NCBI GenBank assembly: GCA_013202495.1
Contig: JABMQQ010000067.1
Location: 7,143-71,142 of the forward strand
Direction: 5' to 3'
DNA from: Fidelibacterota bacterium
GTDB taxonomy: Bacteria; Fidelibacterota; UBA8477; JABMPR01
Length of the DNA: 64,000 nt
Shown: positions 1 through 7,416 of the stretch, one piece after another
How the letters are laid out: the number at the start of each line of letters is the position of its first letter
How positions within the stretch are numbered: the first letter of the stretch is position 1
The notes under the pieces: model-generated
What the model was told of the DNA's origin: nothing
Databases searched by the model: none
Seen by the model: only the letters and a program-made list of their open reading frames with translations
Made by a program: the position numbers and the translations under genes

Positions 1-176
1 ACCATCTGACTTTAGCATATGGAGAATCTGAAACCCTCTTGCCTAGACAATTCAAAGGCCAAGCCACTTTGACTCTGGTTCAAAATGTTGATCTGTTATA
101 TGAAATTTCTATCTGGCAGGACCTTAAATCTGATTCGCTGCCCTGTTGGAGCGATCTTAAAACCCTGGTACAATAG
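1..176 (+). CDS. partial CDS, 3' end of unidentified gene
   Basis: Frame is open from the window edge to TAG at 174-176 (...ISIWQDLKSDSLPCWSDLKTLVQ*). The next start is 4 nt downstream. No domain recognised. Confidence 0.4.
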   Translation, partial: HLTLAYGESETLLPRQFKGQATLTLVQNVDLLYEISIWQDLKSDSLPCWSDLKTLVQ

Positions 177-179
177 GCT

Positions 180-695
180 GTGAAAGTCTTTAAACCGACG
201 CTTCTCATCGTACTACTCAGCCTGGTTTATCTACAGGGATGTTGGAACCCGTTTGCCCCCACAGAAGGTATTTTGGAAGGTGAAGCGAGCCTGATCCTGA
301 CTGAACAGAAATCACCAGAGGAGGTGCTCCAGAATTTTCGCTATGCCTATATCTATCGCGACAGTCTGGTTTACAGCGAGCTCTTTGATACCAGCTTTGT
401 GTTTCTTTATTTTGATCCGGATATTGGTGGTGCTGGCGGCTATGACTACTGGGGTAGAGATACTGAACTGCGTACCACGGGGCGACTCTTCCGAGCCTTT
501 GATCATTTCACACTGGTCTGGAACGCGACCATAGCAACAGATACCTCCCAGACCGGAGAAATCAGCCTGACCAAGACTTTCGATCTATCTATAGGTGGTG
601 AATTTTTTCTTTCAGGGAATGCTGTATTTGACTTTGTTGGCGATCCCGCGGGAACTTGGCGTATCGCCCGCTGGCAGGATGAATCCTTCTTTTAG
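180..695 (+). CDS. hypothetical lipoprotein
   Basis: 171-aa ORF with a GTG start. Signal peptide with lipobox LQGC. No recognisable domain. Confidence 0.6.
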   Translation: MKVFKPTLLIVLLSLVYLQGCWNPFAPTEGILEGEASLILTEQKSPEEVLQNFRYAYIYRDSLVYSELFDTSFVFLYFDPDIGGAGGYDYWGRDTELRTTGRLFRAFDHFTLVWNATIATDTSQTGEISLTKTFDLSIGGEFFLSGNAVFDFVGDPAGTWRIARWQDESFF

Positions 696-728
696 AAATG
701 CTATCAGGTGAATTCTCCCAAAAACAGC

Positions 729-767
729 AACTCCAGAACTCGTTAAACTCATTGAACTCATCAACTC
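729..767. repeat. five AACTC motifs phased every 8-9 bp
   Basis: AACTC begins at 729, 737, 746, 755 and 763 (read directly). The array sits just upstream of a candidate -35. Confidence 0.7.
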
Positions 768-782
768 TCATCCTCACAGCAT

Positions 783-810
783 TTGACATTGGGACCACCC
801 ACAATAAATT
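783..810 (+). promoter_or_regulatory. candidate sigma70-type promoter of queD-like gene
   Basis: TTGACA at 783-788, a 16-nt spacer, then TAAATT at 805-810. It lies 25 nt upstream of the AAGGA RBS and ATG at 835. Confidence 0.3.
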
Positions 811-834
811 CAGAGCCATAATAAAGGAATCGAC

Positions 835-1239
835 ATGATTGTTTTAAATAAAGTTTTTCATTTCTGCGCCGCTCATCGCTACGGAAATCCAGCCCTCAGC
901 GAAACAGAGAATCTGGCAGCTTTTGGCGAAGATCTCAATATTCATGGGCATAACTATGAGCTGACGGTTTCGGTGACAGGAGCTGTAATTCCTGCGACGG
1001 GATTTCTTGTGGATCTGGGGCATCTCAAAGAGGTGGTGAAGGAACATGTCATCAAGCAGGTCGATCATTCCCAGATAGAAATTGATATCCCCTGGTTTAA
1101 AGGCCGGCAACCCTCAACCGAAAATATGGTGGTCTGGATGTGGGAGCAGATAGCCAGCCATTTAAAAGATGGAAAACTGCATCGCATTCGGCTTCAGGAG
1201 ACACCAACCATATACACGGACTATTACGGTCCGCAATAA
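835..1239 (+). CDS. queD: 6-carboxytetrahydropterin / 6-pyruvoyltetrahydropterin synthase family protein (QueD/PTPS, COG0720)
   Basis: Motifs FHFCAAHRY and IHGHNYELTV, typical size of 134 aa, neighbours yhhQ and folE. Subfamily is uncertain because the canonical CxxxHGH cysteine is absent. Confidence 0.7.
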   Translation: MIVLNKVFHFCAAHRYGNPALSETENLAAFGEDLNIHGHNYELTVSVTGAVIPATGFLVDLGHLKEVVKEHVIKQVDHSQIEIDIPWFKGRQPSTENMVVWMWEQIASHLKDGKLHRIRLQETPTIYTDYYGPQ

Positions 1240-1292
1240 TGCCCGATTTGCCACTGATTTATAGGGTTTAACACCGATGAACACTTTTCAGA

Positions 1293-1328
1293 CACGAACA
1301 TCACGAATCATCACGAATAAACACGAAT
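1293..1328. promoter_or_regulatory. four direct CACGAA(T) repeats at helical spacing
   Basis: CACGAA at 1293, 1302, 1312 and 1322 (spacing 9, 10, 10 bp), 45-80 bp upstream of the yhhQ start. Confidence 0.6.
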
Positions 1329-1372
1329 TTATAATTTGGGCTGTATCGTGCAGCTAAATATCAGGATGATAT

Positions 1373-2176
1373 ATGACGGTATATAATTCGAACCCCTCTC
1401 CTGAAATTATTCAAAGGAGAGAATGGGTCTTTCTCATTTTGGCAGGTCTCTTTCTGGGGACTTTGGCCATGCTCAACATTCTGGGTATCAGCCGTTTTAT
1501 TAAGCTGTTCACAATGAGTTTTGATGGTTACGGTGAGGTTGTTTTTGCTGTGGCAGTCGGTGTTTTGCCATATCCCATCACTTTTTTAGCTACCGATCTC
1601 ATTAGTGAGCTCTATGGTCGCAAGCGGGCCAATTTTGTGGTTTTTGTAGGTCTTATTCTCAATCTGTGGGTCATGTTTGTCATGTGGCTCGGTGGGGTAA
1701 TGCCTGGTTTTGAAACGTTGACTGCCACAGGAGAAATTGCTCGAGATGTAGCAGGTCGTCTGCCTATATTTTACGAGGTTCGAGCCCTGACCTTTGGTGC
1801 GGTTACAGCATCCATGATTGCCTATCTGGCGGCTCAGTTTGTGGATGTCTACATGTTCCATTTCTGGAAAACCCTCACCAAAGGAAAACATCTTTGGTTG
1901 AGAAATAATGGGTCTACTCTGGTGAGCCAGTTGGTAGATACGGTTGCAGTCATTCTGGTGACACACTATTACGCCAAGGCCTTGCCTGTAGATCTGGCAA
2001 AACCCATCTTTAATCAGTTGGTGGTGTTTATCATTTCTGGCTATACCTTTAAATTGATTGTCGCTCTGGTGGATACCGGTCCTTTTTACGTCGGCGTACA
2101 CTATCTTTCACGCTATCTGGAGATTGATACTCTAGCTGATTTTGAAACTGAAAAATTGTCCTCTGGACAGGAGTAA
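1373..2176 (+). CDS. yhhQ: queuosine precursor transporter (VUT/DUF165 family, YhhQ-like)
   Basis: 267-aa polytopic membrane protein with an ATDLISELYG motif and a family-typical layout. It lies between queD-like and folE. Confidence 0.75.
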   Translation: MTVYNSNPSPEIIQRREWVFLILAGLFLGTLAMLNILGISRFIKLFTMSFDGYGEVVFAVAVGVLPYPITFLATDLISELYGRKRANFVVFVGLILNLWVMFVMWLGGVMPGFETLTATGEIARDVAGRLPIFYEVRALTFGAVTASMIAYLAAQFVDVYMFHFWKTLTKGKHLWLRNNGSTLVSQLVDTVAVILVTHYYAKALPVDLAKPIFNQLVVFIISGYTFKLIVALVDTGPFYVGVHYLSRYLEIDTLADFETEKLSSGQE

Positions 2177-2179
2177 TAC

Positions 2180-2749
2180 ATGGTAGACTTACAAAAAATT
2201 GAAGATTTAACCCACAGTCTCTTATCTGAGATTGGGGAAGACCCGAAACGCGAGGGTTTGGTTCGCACCCCTCACCGAGTTGCCAAGGCCTGGAAATATA
2301 TTGCCAGGGGATATGAGCAAAACCTCAATGATGTTTTAAATGATGCTATTTTTGAAGACAAGTGCTCTGAAATGGTGGTCGTCAGGGATATCGAATTTTT
2401 TAGCATGTGTGAACACCACATGCTGCCCTTTTTTGGAAAGGCTCATGTGGCCTATATTCCTCGTGGAAAGGTGATTGGCTTGTCAAAAATCCCCAGAATC
2501 ATTGAGATGTACGCCCGTCGGCTTCAAATCCAGGAGCGTATCACCCACCAGGTGGCCGAAGCCTTGAACGAATTATTAGACCCTGCCGGTGTGGCGGTAG
2601 TGTTAGAAGGTCGTCATCTCTGTATGCAGATGCGAGGCGTGGAAAAGCAGAATTCTTTTGCCACCACATCAGCCATGTTAGGTGAATTTCACGATGAAGC
2701 TGAAACAAGAGCCGAATTTCTAAGTATTATAAGTCTGAGAAATCTTTAA
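2180..2749 (+). CDS. folE: GTP cyclohydrolase I (type 1)
   Basis: Motifs [35 protein letters not shown] and [10 protein letters not shown]. Confidence 0.95.
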   Translation: MVDLQKIEDLTHSLLSEIGEDPKREGLVRTPHRVAKAWKYIARGYEQNLNDVLNDAIFEDKCSEMVVVRDIEFFSMCEHHMLPFFGKAHVAYIPRGKVIGLSKIPRIIEMYARRLQIQERITHQVAEALNELLDPAGVAVVLEGRHLCMQMRGVEKQNSFATTSAMLGEFHDEAETRAEFLSIISLRNL

Positions 2750-2767
2750 TAACTCGAAGAGAGCGTT

Positions 2768-4183
2768 ATGCCTGAAAAACTAAAAAAGCTGTTTGAAGAT
2801 CATTTCAAGGAAGATGTCGCCAATCTAAGTCCACTGCCAGCCCATGGTTCCAATCGCGAATACTTTCGTCTGAGTAATGACAAACGCTCAGTGATTGGTG
2901 CAAAAAATCTGGATCGACTTGAAAACGACGCCTTTATAACCTTTTCCAGGCACTTTCTCGCAAAAGATCTAACCGTCCCTGAAATTTATGCCGAAGATCT
3001 GGACCAGCATATTTATCTCCAACAGGACCTCGGCGATGTCACGCTTTTTGACTATCTCCTGGAAGTACGCGACGGACGCAAAGACTTTCCAGAGAGATTA
3101 CTTAAAACCTACAAACAGGTCGTAGAGCTATTGCCTCAGTTTCAGATCAAAGGTGGTCAGGGCTTGGATTACAGCAAGTCGTATCCCCACCACAGTTTTG
3201 ATCGTCAGTCCATGATGTGGGACTTGAATTACTTTAAATATTATTTTCTCAAACTAGCCCACATCCGCTTTAATGAGCAAAAGTTAGAACAGGATTTTCA
3301 GACCTTCACCGATTTCCTGCTTCAGGCTGATGGAAATCACTTTCTATATCGTGACTTCCAATCCAGAAACATCATGCTCAAAGATGGCAAGCCCTGGTTT
3401 ATTGATTATCAGGGAGGTCGTAAGGGAGCCCTTCAATATGATATTGCCTCGCTGCTTTTTGATGCCAAGGCAGATCTACCGTTTGAAGTGAGAGAGCATC
3501 TGCTGGATCACTATTTGAATGCCGTATCTGAATTAATGCCAATAGATCGGGAAGCTTTTACGAAGCATTATTATGCCTTTGTGTTTATCCGCATTATGCA
3601 GGCCATGGGAGCCTATGGATATCGGGGCTTTTATGAACGCAAAACCCACTTCCTGCAGAGCATTCCCTACGCCATAAGAAATCTTGAATATCTCGTTCGT
3701 AAAGTGGATCTGCCCATTGACATCCCAGTCATGATGGATGTCTTTCAACAGCTTATTCAGTCCTCAGTTCTGAGAGAATTTGGCAAGGCAAACTTGCGGC
3801 TCAAGGTCCGTATCTCCAGTTTTTCATACAAAAATGGAGTTCCTGTTGACGATCGTGGTCATGGGGGCGGCTTTGTTTTTGACTGTCGTTTTCTCCCCAA
3901 TCCAGGCCGGGAAATAGCTTATAAAAAATTGTCTGCCAATGATCAGGAAGTTATTGACTGGTTTGCAGTTAAGCCCGATATGGATCGCTGGTTGAAGCGC
4001 ATGTTTACCATGGTAGATGCCGCTGTCACCAGCTATGAAGAGCAGAACTTTACCGATTTGATGATCTCCTTTGGATGTACAGGTGGACAACATCGGTCCG
4101 TGCATTCCGCCAACAGACTGGCTGCCCACCTGAAAGAGACCCACGATATAGATGTGGTGCTCTCTCACCGCGAGCTGGAATAA
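2768..4183 (+). CDS. AmgK-like anomeric MurNAc/GlcNAc kinase fused to a RapZ-type C-terminal domain
   Basis: N-terminal APH-fold kinase motifs: FLYRDFQSRNIML and WFIDYQGGRKGALQYDIASLL. C-terminal ~135 aa carry SFSYKNGVP, FVFDCRFLPNPGRE, FGCTGGQHRSVH and HRELE, which match RapZ C-terminal motifs. Confidence 0.75.
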   Translation: MPEKLKKLFEDHFKEDVANLSPLPAHGSNREYFRLSNDKRSVIGAKNLDRLENDAFITFSRHFLAKDLTVPEIYAEDLDQHIYLQQDLGDVTLFDYLLEVRDGRKDFPERLLKTYKQVVELLPQFQIKGGQGLDYSKSYPHHSFDRQSMMWDLNYFKYYFLKLAHIRFNEQKLEQDFQTFTDFLLQADGNHFLYRDFQSRNIMLKDGKPWFIDYQGGRKGALQYDIASLLFDAKADLPFEVREHLLDHYLNAVSELMPIDREAFTKHYYAFVFIRIMQAMGAYGYRGFYERKTHFLQSIPYAIRNLEYLVRKVDLPIDIPVMMDVFQQLIQSSVLREFGKANLRLKVRISSFSYKNGVPVDDRGHGGGFVFDCRFLPNPGREIAYKKLSANDQEVIDWFAVKPDMDRWLKRMFTMVDAAVTSYEEQNFTDLMISFGCTGGQHRSVHSANRLAAHLKETHDIDVVLSHRELE

Positions 4184-4223
4184 CTAGAGTGTCTTCCCCA
4201 TTAGCGAGGTCACTCAGATCGTC

Positions 4224-4245
4224 ACATTGAGCGAAGTCGAAATGT
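4224..4245. repeat. hairpin of the stem-TCGAnnnnGCTC-stem family (inverted orientation)
   Basis: ACATT gagcgaagtcga AATGT. The reverse complement gives the loop TCGACTTCGCTC. Confidence 0.6.
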
Positions 4246-4286
4246 ACAGGTATTTATTAATGGAATCTGTTATGGACTACATGTGT

Positions 4287-4335
4287 CTATACTTCCCCTC
4301 GACAAGCTCGGGACAGGCTCGGCTCAGCATGACAC
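4287..4335. repeat. ~47-nt interspersed repeat, copy A
   Basis: ctatacttcccctcgacaagctcgggacaggctcggctcagcatgac matches 11525-11575 at about 43/47 positions (hand count). Confidence 0.8.
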
Positions 4336-4387
4336 AAGGCGAGACTCAAAACAACAAGTCAAAGGCGTTGATCTCCGGGAGCCTTGC

Positions 4388-5101
4388 ATGAAGGCCATGC
4401 TTTTTGCTGCCGGTCGGGGCACCCGACTGGCACCCCTCACCGATAGACATCCCAAATGTCTAGTTACCGCTGGCAACAAAACCCTTTTAGAGCATAATAT
4501 CCGCAAGCTCAAGGCAGCCGGCGTTGAAACCCTGGTGATTAATACTCATCATTTTGCTGAACAGGTTATTGAATTTATCCGATCCAAAGACTTTGGTTTA
4601 ACCATCCATATCTCTGAAGAGCAAGAGCTACTGGGTCAGGGTGGCGGATTGCTTTTTGCCAGCAAATACTTCCAGGGAGAAGAAGCCTTTCTCGTCTGCA
4701 ATAGTGATATCTATACCGATCTGGATTTAAGGGCACTGATATCTGCCCACAATGAATCTCAAAGTCTGGTCACGCTGGCTATAGCCAAACGGGATACGTC
4801 ACGCTATTTGAGATTCGACCAAAACGAAAATTTATGTGGATGGGAAAACAGGAAAACGGGTGAGAAAGTCTCGTGGAATGACAACAGTTATGACATATGG
4901 GCCTTCAATGGGATTCAAGTCATATCGCCTAGACTATTTGACTATATGGATGATCTGGGGACTTCTTTCTCAACCATTCCCGTCTATTTAAAGGCAGCAA
5001 AGGCCGGCGAAAGCATTAAGGCTTTTCCTATGGATCGGTCATACTGGATTGATATCGGAACGGTTGAAAAGCTGGAAGCGTTGCGAGGGCATTTAAGTTG
5101 A
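4388..5101 (+). CDS. murU: MurU-like N-acetylmuramate-1-phosphate uridylyltransferase (nucleotidyltransferase family)
   Basis: MKAMLFAAGRGTRLAPLTDRHPKCLV nucleotidyltransferase N-terminus, adjacent to the AmgK-like kinase. Start moved to ATG 4388 because 4283-4387 translates an intergenic repeat. Confidence 0.7.
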   Translation: MKAMLFAAGRGTRLAPLTDRHPKCLVTAGNKTLLEHNIRKLKAAGVETLVINTHHFAEQVIEFIRSKDFGLTIHISEEQELLGQGGGLLFASKYFQGEEAFLVCNSDIYTDLDLRALISAHNESQSLVTLAIAKRDTSRYLRFDQNENLCGWENRKTGEKVSWNDNSYDIWAFNGIQVISPRLFDYMDDLGTSFSTIPVYLKAAKAGESIKAFPMDRSYWIDIGTVEKLEALRGHLS

Positions 5102-5108
5102 TTGACAG

Positions 5109-5128
5109 GCGAGGATTCGAATCCTCGC
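5109..5128. repeat. 20-nt perfect palindrome GCGAGGATTCGAATCCTCGC, copy 1
   Basis: Read directly. It lies 21 nt upstream of the lpdA ATG. An identical copy is at 10115-10134. Confidence 0.9.
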
Positions 5129-5149
5129 GTTGATATAAGAGGATCAATT

Positions 5150-6538
5150 ATGAGTACAACACATTACGATATAGCAATCATCGGCGGCGGCCCCGGCGGA
5201 TATGTCGCCGCGATCCGTGCTGCCCAATTAGGTAAAAAAGCGGTGGTTATCGAACGCTCTGATCTCGGCGGGGTGTGTCTGAATTGGGGCTGTATTCCCA
5301 CCAAGGCGCTTTTGAAAAGTGCTGAAGTATTGCGATCCGCCCAGAAAGCCAAAAAATTTGGTGTGGTGGTGGGTGAGATTGACGTGGATTTTCCTTCAGT
5401 GATTCAGCGGTCTAGACAGGTCGCCGGTTCCCTTTCAAAAGGAGTGGATTTCCTCATGAAGAAAAATGAGGTGGATGTAATCAACGGGTTTGCAAAGCTG
5501 TTGGGTGGTAATCAGATTCGTATCAATAATGACCTGGAGATCAGTGCCGATCACATCATTGTGGCAACTGGTGCTCGTCCACGTCCCATGCCCGGTGCTG
5601 CCTATGATGGTGAAACCATTATCTCCTCCAAAGAAGCCATGAATCTGGAAACCATTCCGAAAAAGCTGGTAGTAGTTGGTGCTGGAGCCATCGGTGTTGA
5701 ATTTGCCGATTTCTATGCAGCCATGGGTAGCCAGGTTACCATCGTAGAAATGCTGCCACACCTGCTTCCCATTGAAGATGAAGAGGTTTCAGTCGAGCTG
5801 CAAAAAATGTTTAAGCGCAAGAAAATCAAAGCTCACACAGAATCCATGGTCGAAGCCATTTCTGTCTCAGAAGGACGCGCGCTTGTTAAAGTAAAAACAA
5901 AGACAGGTGAGGTTCTGGAGCTTGATGCAGATAAGGTCTTGATTGCCATTGGAGTTCAAGGCAATACAGAGGATTTAGGACTGGAAGAAGCTGGTGTCCA
6001 GCTTGAAAAGGGCTGGATAAAAACCAACGGATATATGCAAACCAGCACCGCTGGCATCTATGCCATTGGTGATGTGGCGGGTCCACCGTGGTTGGCCCAC
6101 GTCGCCTCTCATGAAGGTATCACGGCTGTAGAACATATAGCTGGATTGAATGTGAAGCCCATGCATTATGACAATGTACCGGGTTGTACTTACTGCACGC
6201 CCCAGGTCGCCTCTATCGGACTAACAGAAAAGGCTGCTCGAGAAGCAGGCTATGAAGTAAAGATTGGAAAATTCCCATATCGTGTATCTGGAAAGGCCAT
6301 GGCATCAGGAGAAACTGATGGATTTACCAAACTTATCTATGACGCCAAATATGGAGAACTTCTAGGTGCACATATCATAGGAGCTGAGGCAACCGAGCTT
6401 ATCGCTGAGATTGGAATGGCCCGATCTTTAGAAGCAACCCATGAAGCAGTACTTGAAACCATTCACGCTCACCCCACTTTATCAGAAATGATTATGGAAG
6501 CTTCCGGCCTGGCCCTGGATCGTGGTATCCACCTCTAA
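5150..6538 (+). CDS. lpdA: dihydrolipoyl dehydrogenase (E3)
   Basis: Motifs YDIAIIGGGPGGYVAAIRAAQLG, GGVCLNWGCIPTKALL redox disulfide, IYAIGDV and HAHPTLSE. Start set at ATG 5150, which follows a GAGGA RBS. Confidence 0.92.
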   Translation: MSTTHYDIAIIGGGPGGYVAAIRAAQLGKKAVVIERSDLGGVCLNWGCIPTKALLKSAEVLRSAQKAKKFGVVVGEIDVDFPSVIQRSRQVAGSLSKGVDFLMKKNEVDVINGFAKLLGGNQIRINNDLEISADHIIVATGARPRPMPGAAYDGETIISSKEAMNLETIPKKLVVVGAGAIGVEFADFYAAMGSQVTIVEMLPHLLPIEDEEVSVELQKMFKRKKIKAHTESMVEAISVSEGRALVKVKTKTGEVLELDADKVLIAIGVQGNTEDLGLEEAGVQLEKGWIKTNGYMQTSTAGIYAIGDVAGPPWLAHVASHEGITAVEHIAGLNVKPMHYDNVPGCTYCTPQVASIGLTEKAAREAGYEVKIGKFPYRVSGKAMASGETDGFTKLIYDAKYGELLGAHIIGAEATELIAEIGMARSLEATHEAVLETIHAHPTLSEMIMEASGLALDRGIHL

Positions 6539-6754
6539 AGGGTGATGGGGGCTATCCCATTAAAGTGGGATAACCACAAGATATTGATAAAAACCAACAA
6601 CTTTCCCTTATAGATGGTGCTTTGACCACTTCCCTAAAATTTGGGATATTTGATTTTGTAACACATGGTCTGTCAAGATTCAAAAGGGAAGCTCCTTGGT
6701 ATGAGACCTCAAATCGCTTAGAATGAGCGCTGAAAAAAGAGGATATTCAAGACT

Positions 6755-7216
6755 ATGCCATTTCCCCATATAAAACCACTACTCAACATTGTAGACACCA
6801 TCATCAGCGACCTGGATTCCAGGAATGAAATTCTGCAAAAGATATCAGAGCTCCTTTCAGAAAAAGTTGAGCACTATAATTGGGTCGGCTTTTATATCGT
6901 TGATGAATCAGATGCTAATCTCATTCTGGGTCCCTATGTCGGCGCAGCTACAGATCATGTTAAAATCGCTTTTGGGAAGGGGCTTTGTGGCCAGGTCGCA
7001 GTCTCTCAAATGAGTCGCATTATTCAGGATGTATCCCTTGAAGACAATTATCTGTCCTGTAGTTCAAATGTCCAGTCCGAGGTTGTTTTTCCGATTATGA
7101 AGGACGATAAATTTGTCGCAGAATTGGATATAGACTCCCACGTTATATCACCCTTTACGGAACTGGACACAGAACTGCTTGAGGCCATCTGTGAAAAATT
7201 AGCGGTGTTGTTTTGA
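6755..7216 (+). CDS. GAF-domain protein, free methionine-(R)-sulfoxide reductase-like (MsrC/YebR family)
   Basis: NWVGFYIVD...LILGPYVG...GKGLCGQVA...YLSCSS...VVFPI...ELDIDS matches the YebR/fRMsr pattern by eye. Confidence 0.7.
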   Translation: MPFPHIKPLLNIVDTIISDLDSRNEILQKISELLSEKVEHYNWVGFYIVDESDANLILGPYVGAATDHVKIAFGKGLCGQVAVSQMSRIIQDVSLEDNYLSCSSNVQSEVVFPIMKDDKFVAELDIDSHVISPFTELDTELLEAICEKLAVLF

Positions 7217-7236
7217 TTCAAAAAAGAATCAAATGT

Positions 7237-7285
7237 GGACGTCAAGACCTCTCAACTCCACTCGAGGAGACAGTCCCTTTTTTTT
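7237..7285 (+). terminator. candidate intrinsic terminator after the GAF gene
   Basis: Imperfect long hairpin (GGACGTC...GACAGTCC) followed by T8 at 7278-7285. Confidence 0.45.
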
Positions 7286-7416
7286 GCAGTATCACAAGAC
7301 ATTCTTCGAACTGGTATCGACCTATGTTCGTCATGCCGCCTGCCAAGTCGAAGCCAAGAGGCGTAGACTGGAGCGGTGTCGAGGTGCATAGAGTGAAGGG
7401 AAGCGTTTAACTTCAA

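Noticed and set aside
696-1372. Looked for a preQ1 riboswitch upstream of queD-like (696-834) and yhhQ (1240-1372).
   Set aside because: I could not fold the small hairpin plus A-rich tail (…CCC…AAAAAACUA…) consensus. The regions are dominated by direct repeats instead.
4283-4387. Longer N-terminal extensions offered by the ORF track for murU (4283), lpdA (5102) and yceI-like (25137).
   Set aside because: The extensions translate an interspersed repeat, the 20-nt palindrome and a terminator hairpin, respectively. Internal ATGs with RBSs give family-typical N-termini.
5109-5128. The palindrome GCGAGGATTCGAATCCTCGC resembles a tRNA T-arm (GGTTCGAATCC-like). The copy at 10115 is preceded by CTCTACCAA, reminiscent of an antisense D-arm.
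   Set aside because: No acceptor stem, anticodon arm or CCA-compatible ends can be drawn around either copy, so it is not a tRNA gene. At most it is a tRNA-derived fragment.
6552-6572. Hairpin TATCCCA-ttaaag-TGGGATA after lpdA, considered as a terminator.
   Set aside because: It has only a 7-bp AT-rich stem and no U-tract, which is too weak to annotate.
7213-7410. 65-aa ORF between the GAF gene and lipB.
   Set aside because: It runs through the terminator-like hairpin and T8 tract. There is no RBS and no recognisable motif, so it is treated as noncoding.
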